IMG/VR virus record: IMGVR_UViG_3300008009_000037
Span: 1-25,062 of that record
Source of the DNA: a virus
Taxonomy: Duplodnaviria; Caudoviricetes
Direction: 5' to 3' (one strand)
DNA: 25,062 bases
Positions 24,043 through 25,062 of this stretch are shown piece by piece. The notes beneath the pieces are model-generated. The model worked only from the letters and a program-made list of their open reading frames with translations. It ran no database searches and had not been told where the DNA came from. The position numbers and the translations under genes were made by a program. Positions within the stretch are counted from its first letter, which is position 1. The number at the start of each line of letters is the position of its first letter.

Positions 24043-25060
24043 AAGATATAGTCCCAAAAGAAGTTCCTGCAAGAATGATAGCTGCGCCAGCCCAGTTTCG
24101 ATAAGAAAACTGTAAATTTCCACCAGGAATTACAACTACCCTGTAGACTGCACTATCGCTAAAGTAGTAAACAGTACCAAACGTAGTACTAGGCCGTAGT
24201 GCCACAGGAATTATTTCCGCTGTGTGCATTATATTTAAAGACGAATGAACTAAATTCCCCCAAGAAATCGTTACTACTTTCCCAACTTGCGCCCATTTAA
24301 CCGTACCAGAAGTTATGTTACTGCCTGGACTGCTTGTATGACCGGTGGTGCCGAGGGCATCTGCCGCATTACCTGTAAGGTTGCCGTTAAAACCACCTGT
24401 AGTTGTTAGAACACCTGTGGTACTTAAAAACATTTTTGCGGTGCCGCCGGCATTATCCCATACGTGTATATACCCAGCCGAACCATTAACCACTGGTTTA
24501 TAAACCGCGCCATAACCACTGTTGTCAAGGTAGATGATGCCTGTTCCTTTGGCTAGTGTGGTTGCAGTCGCAGCATTACCGACTAGATCAGCAGTTACTA
24601 CACCATCCTTAATAAGCGTACCATCTATAGTCACACCAGCAGTGGGAGTCCTCTCAGAGATAGTATCTGACACGAGAGCTGTAGTTGCTGTAATGGTAGC
24701 GAGAGATAGCTTATCAGAATCAATAGCTGTTGCAACATCGTTTATTGTAGATAAATTAGTAACTACAGAAGCAAGATTGGCCTTGACAGGATTAGTAGCC
24801 ACAGTGGTCACATTCGCTGAGTTACCTGCAACAGTAGTCACATTATCAGCTATACCAGCTACTGTAGCTATATTAGCTGGAAGTGGTGCTGTAGCCACTG
24901 TAGCTATATTAGCTGGAAGTGGTGCTATAACTGCTGTAGTAATGTCAGATGAGACACCCGCTACAGTATTAATATTAGACTTAAAAGGTTCTGTAGTTAC
25001 TATAGCAAGATCAGTATCAATAGCATCAAAGGCTGCTTCAGTAGCACTAACGATATTATT
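24029..25060 (-). CDS. Tail fibre/spike protein, C-terminal part (5' end outside the window)
   Basis: The frame stays open to the window edge; N[IV]xTVA repeats, DTISE....GVTIDG..IKDG, GNLTGNA, and a C-terminal GKVVTI...IP..LRP tip domain. Confidence 0.85.
   Translation of the reverse strand, partial: NNIVSATEAAFDAIDTDLAIVTTEPFKSNINTVAGVSSDITTAVIAPLPANIATVATAPLPANIATVAGIADNVTTVAGNSANVTTVATNPVKANLASVVTNLSTINDVATAIDSDKLSLATITATTALVSDTISERTPTAGVTIDGTLIKDGVVTADLVGNAATATTLAKGTGIIYLDNSGYGAVYKPVVNGSAGYIHVWDNAGGTAKMFLSTTGVLTTTGGFNGNLTGNAADALGTTGHTSSPGSNITSGTVKWAQVGKVVTISWGNLVHSSLNIMHTAEIIPVALRPSTTFGTVYYFSDSAVYRVVVIPGGNLQFSYRNWAGAAIILAGTSFGTISYAIN
24861..24926. repeat. 30-bp perfect direct repeat (36-bp period) in the tail fibre
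   Basis: ACTGTAGCTATATTAGCTGGAAGTGGTGCT at 24861-24890 and 24897-24926, encoding APLPANIATV twice. Confidence 0.9.
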
Positions 25061-25062
25061 AA

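Noticed and set aside
24029-24400. Diversity-generating retroelement target in the tail-fibre tip
   Set aside because: No template/variable repeat pair or reverse transcriptase is seen in the window.
392-25060. Stop-codon reassignment
   Set aside because: Long ORFs are intact in code 11, and TAA, TAG and TGA all end genes, often with ATGA coupling.

Overview
A 25 kb fragment of an AT-rich, T7-supergroup-like podovirus genome read in the standard genetic code. Two convergent gene arms meet at a bidirectional terminator near 12.05 kb. The left (+) arm starts with a 9-mer tandem array and a strong sigma70-type promoter. It then encodes SSB, three tRNAs (Thr-UGU, Ala-UGC, Ile-UAU) interleaved with two unexplained structured spacers, a secreted FN3-like protein, 5'-3' exonuclease, endonuclease I, primase-helicase, metallophosphoesterase, dUTPase, a class II RNR carrying an HNH intein, an FmdB-like zinc ribbon and a divergent ThyX-like protein. 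The right (-) arm encodes the 3' part of a tail fibre, a signal-peptide beta-barrel-like protein, a GNAT-like protein, internal virion/ejection proteins, a lysozyme-like protein, a 2225-aa polyvalent virion protein with a zincin motif, DUF1353 and a holin-like protein. The top leads are the compositionally foreign tail-tip plus outer-membrane-protein cassette, the unusual tRNA cluster (Ile-UAU, an inverted C19-G56 elbow pair, tRNA-like spacer RNAs) and the HNH intein at the RNR catalytic cysteine. All functional calls come from motifs recognised by eye; no database search was run.
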